33,755 bases of DNA from contig JAXLNO010000670.1 of the NCBI GenBank assembly GCA_038087875.1, positions 1 to 33,755 on the forward strand, read 5' to 3'. Source of the stretch: Malacoraja senta (lineage: Eukaryota). The notes under the pieces were generated by a model. It saw only the letters and a list, made by a program, of their open reading frames with translations. It made no database searches and had not been told where the DNA came from. Shown piece by piece: positions 32,345 to 33,755 of the stretch (positions are counted from its first letter, which is position 1; the number at the start of each line of letters is the position of its first letter). The translations under genes and the position numbers were made by a program.

Positions 32345-33560
32345 GCCTGGGCCTACCTGATCTCCCGGTTGCCAAACACTTTAACTTCTCCTCCCATTCC
32401 CACACTGACTTTTCTGTCCTGGGCCTCCTCCACTGTCAGAGTGAGGCCCAGCGCAAATTGGAGGAACAGCACCTCATATTTCGCTTGGGCAGATTCCACC
32501 CCAGCGGCATGAATATTGACTTCTCTAACTTCAAATATCTCCTCTCAATCAGTCCCTGCCCCACCTAAGTCGTTGTACTCGTTTCAAGTTGTCTTGTTGA
32601 GCCTCATTGTAACTCGTTTTCACCTAGCCCACAGCTGACAATGGCTTGTTTCCTTTATAGAAGGTGGATAAAAATGCTGGAGAAACTCAGCGGGTGAGGC
32701 AGCATCTATGGAGTGAAGGAAATAGGTAACGTTTCGGGCCGAAACCCTTCTTCAGACTGATGTGAGGGGGGGGTGGGGGAGAAGAAAGGAAGAGGCGGAG
32801 ACAGTGGGCTGTGGGAGAGCTGAGAAGGGGAGGAGAAAGCAGGGACTACCTGAAATTGGAGAAGTCAATGTTCATACCGCTGGGGTGTAAACTACCCAAG
32901 CGAAATATGAGGTGCTGCTCCTCCAATTTACGGTGGTCCCCACTCTGGCCATGGAGGAGGCCCAGGACAGAAAAGTCGGATTCGGAATGGGAGGGGGAGT
33001 TGAAGCGCTGAGCCACCGGGAGATCAGGTTGGTTTTTGCGAACCGAGCGGAGGAGTTGGGCGAAGCGATCGCCGAGCCTGCGCTTGGTCTCACCGATGTA
33101 GATCAGCTGACATCTAGAGCAGCGGATGCAATAGATGAGGTTGGAGGAGGTGCAGGCGAACCTCTGCCTCACCCGGAAAGACCGCTTGGGTCCTTGGATG
33201 GATCTTATTTTTTGCATATCTTTCATTCATTTGTTCGATATCTCTCCACATCACCGTCTATATCTCTCGCTCACCCTTTCCCCTGACTCTCAAGTCTGAA
33301 GAAGGGTCTCGACCCGAAACGTCAGTTATTCCTTCTCTCCATGAGATGCTGCCTGTCCCGCTGAGTAATGGGCCTGTCCCACTTAGGCGATGTTCGGCGA
33401 CAGTGGCGACAATCTTTGCTGTCGTAGGTTGTCGCCAGGTGACGTAGGTGAATTCCATTAAACCTAGTCCCTGGCAGTCGCCTAAGTGGGACAGGCCCAA
33501 ATTCTCCAGCATTTTGTGTCTATCTTCAGTTTAAACCAGCATCTGCAGTTCTTTAACACA
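32345..33560. mobile_element. Cluster of Penelope 3' fragments in alternating orientation (+ 32345-32655, - 32660-33200, + 33200-33560)
   Basis: GIY-YIG C-terminal peptides ([10 protein letters not shown]...MNIDFSNF; NLIYCIRCSRCQLIYIGETKRR) and terminal repeat sequence. Confidence 0.85.
33369..33499. mobile_element. Short Harbinger-like MITE inserted in a Penelope-derived repeat
   Basis: 22-bp perfect TIR tgggcctgtcccacttaggcga / tcgcctaagtgggacaggccca. It interrupts gctgag...ctccagc. The TSD is ambiguous. Confidence 0.75.
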
Positions 33561-33755
33561 CGCCCCACCACCACTGTCGTTTTGAGGTCCCCCTTAGAGT
33601 GGATGCTGTCTGAATGATTCCTACACAAACATCACACTGATATCTGATCGGTTTAATGACTTGTATTATATTGTGCATTAAAACAGGATATCTTTACTAC
33701 ATCAGGTTCAGCACAGGCTCATGTACATCTGCTCTTTACTGTTGCAATAATATTC

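Noticed and set aside
1..33755. Prokaryotic retron, DGR or RT-based defence system
   Set aside because: All RTs here belong to eukaryotic non-LTR or Penelope families, and there is no operon structure.

Overview
This is vertebrate nuclear DNA made up almost entirely of nested mobile elements. The repeat set (HE1-type V-SINEs, HER1/CR1 LINEs, Neptune-type Penelope pieces, Rex1/Babar, L2 and L1 fragments) points to a cartilaginous fish, probably a skate or ray. I could not identify a host-gene exon. The main feature is an apparently full-length Tx1-clade retrotransposon with both ORFs open (20062-26544, minus strand). It has a CCHC-knuckle ORF1, a 1225-aa APE-RT-zinc-finger ORF2, AATAAA, a 28-nt poly(A) and a 13/14-bp GC-rich target duplication. 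It sits almost at the midpoint of a ~0.7-kb PIF/Harbinger-like MITE whose 57-bp terminal inverted repeats and 3-bp TSD are intact. The 7.2-kb composite resembles Xenopus Tx1C (the Tx1L LINE inside the Tx1D DNA element). Also present are about ten Penelope-derived minimal hammerhead-ribozyme motifs, an RTE-derived short element with a possible HDV-like pseudoknot, a non-autonomous Helitron-like element carrying a 48-bp minisatellite, a 1-kb DNA transposon with a 9-bp TSD, and several multi-level nested insertions. Family names come from motif recognition and memory, not from database searches.
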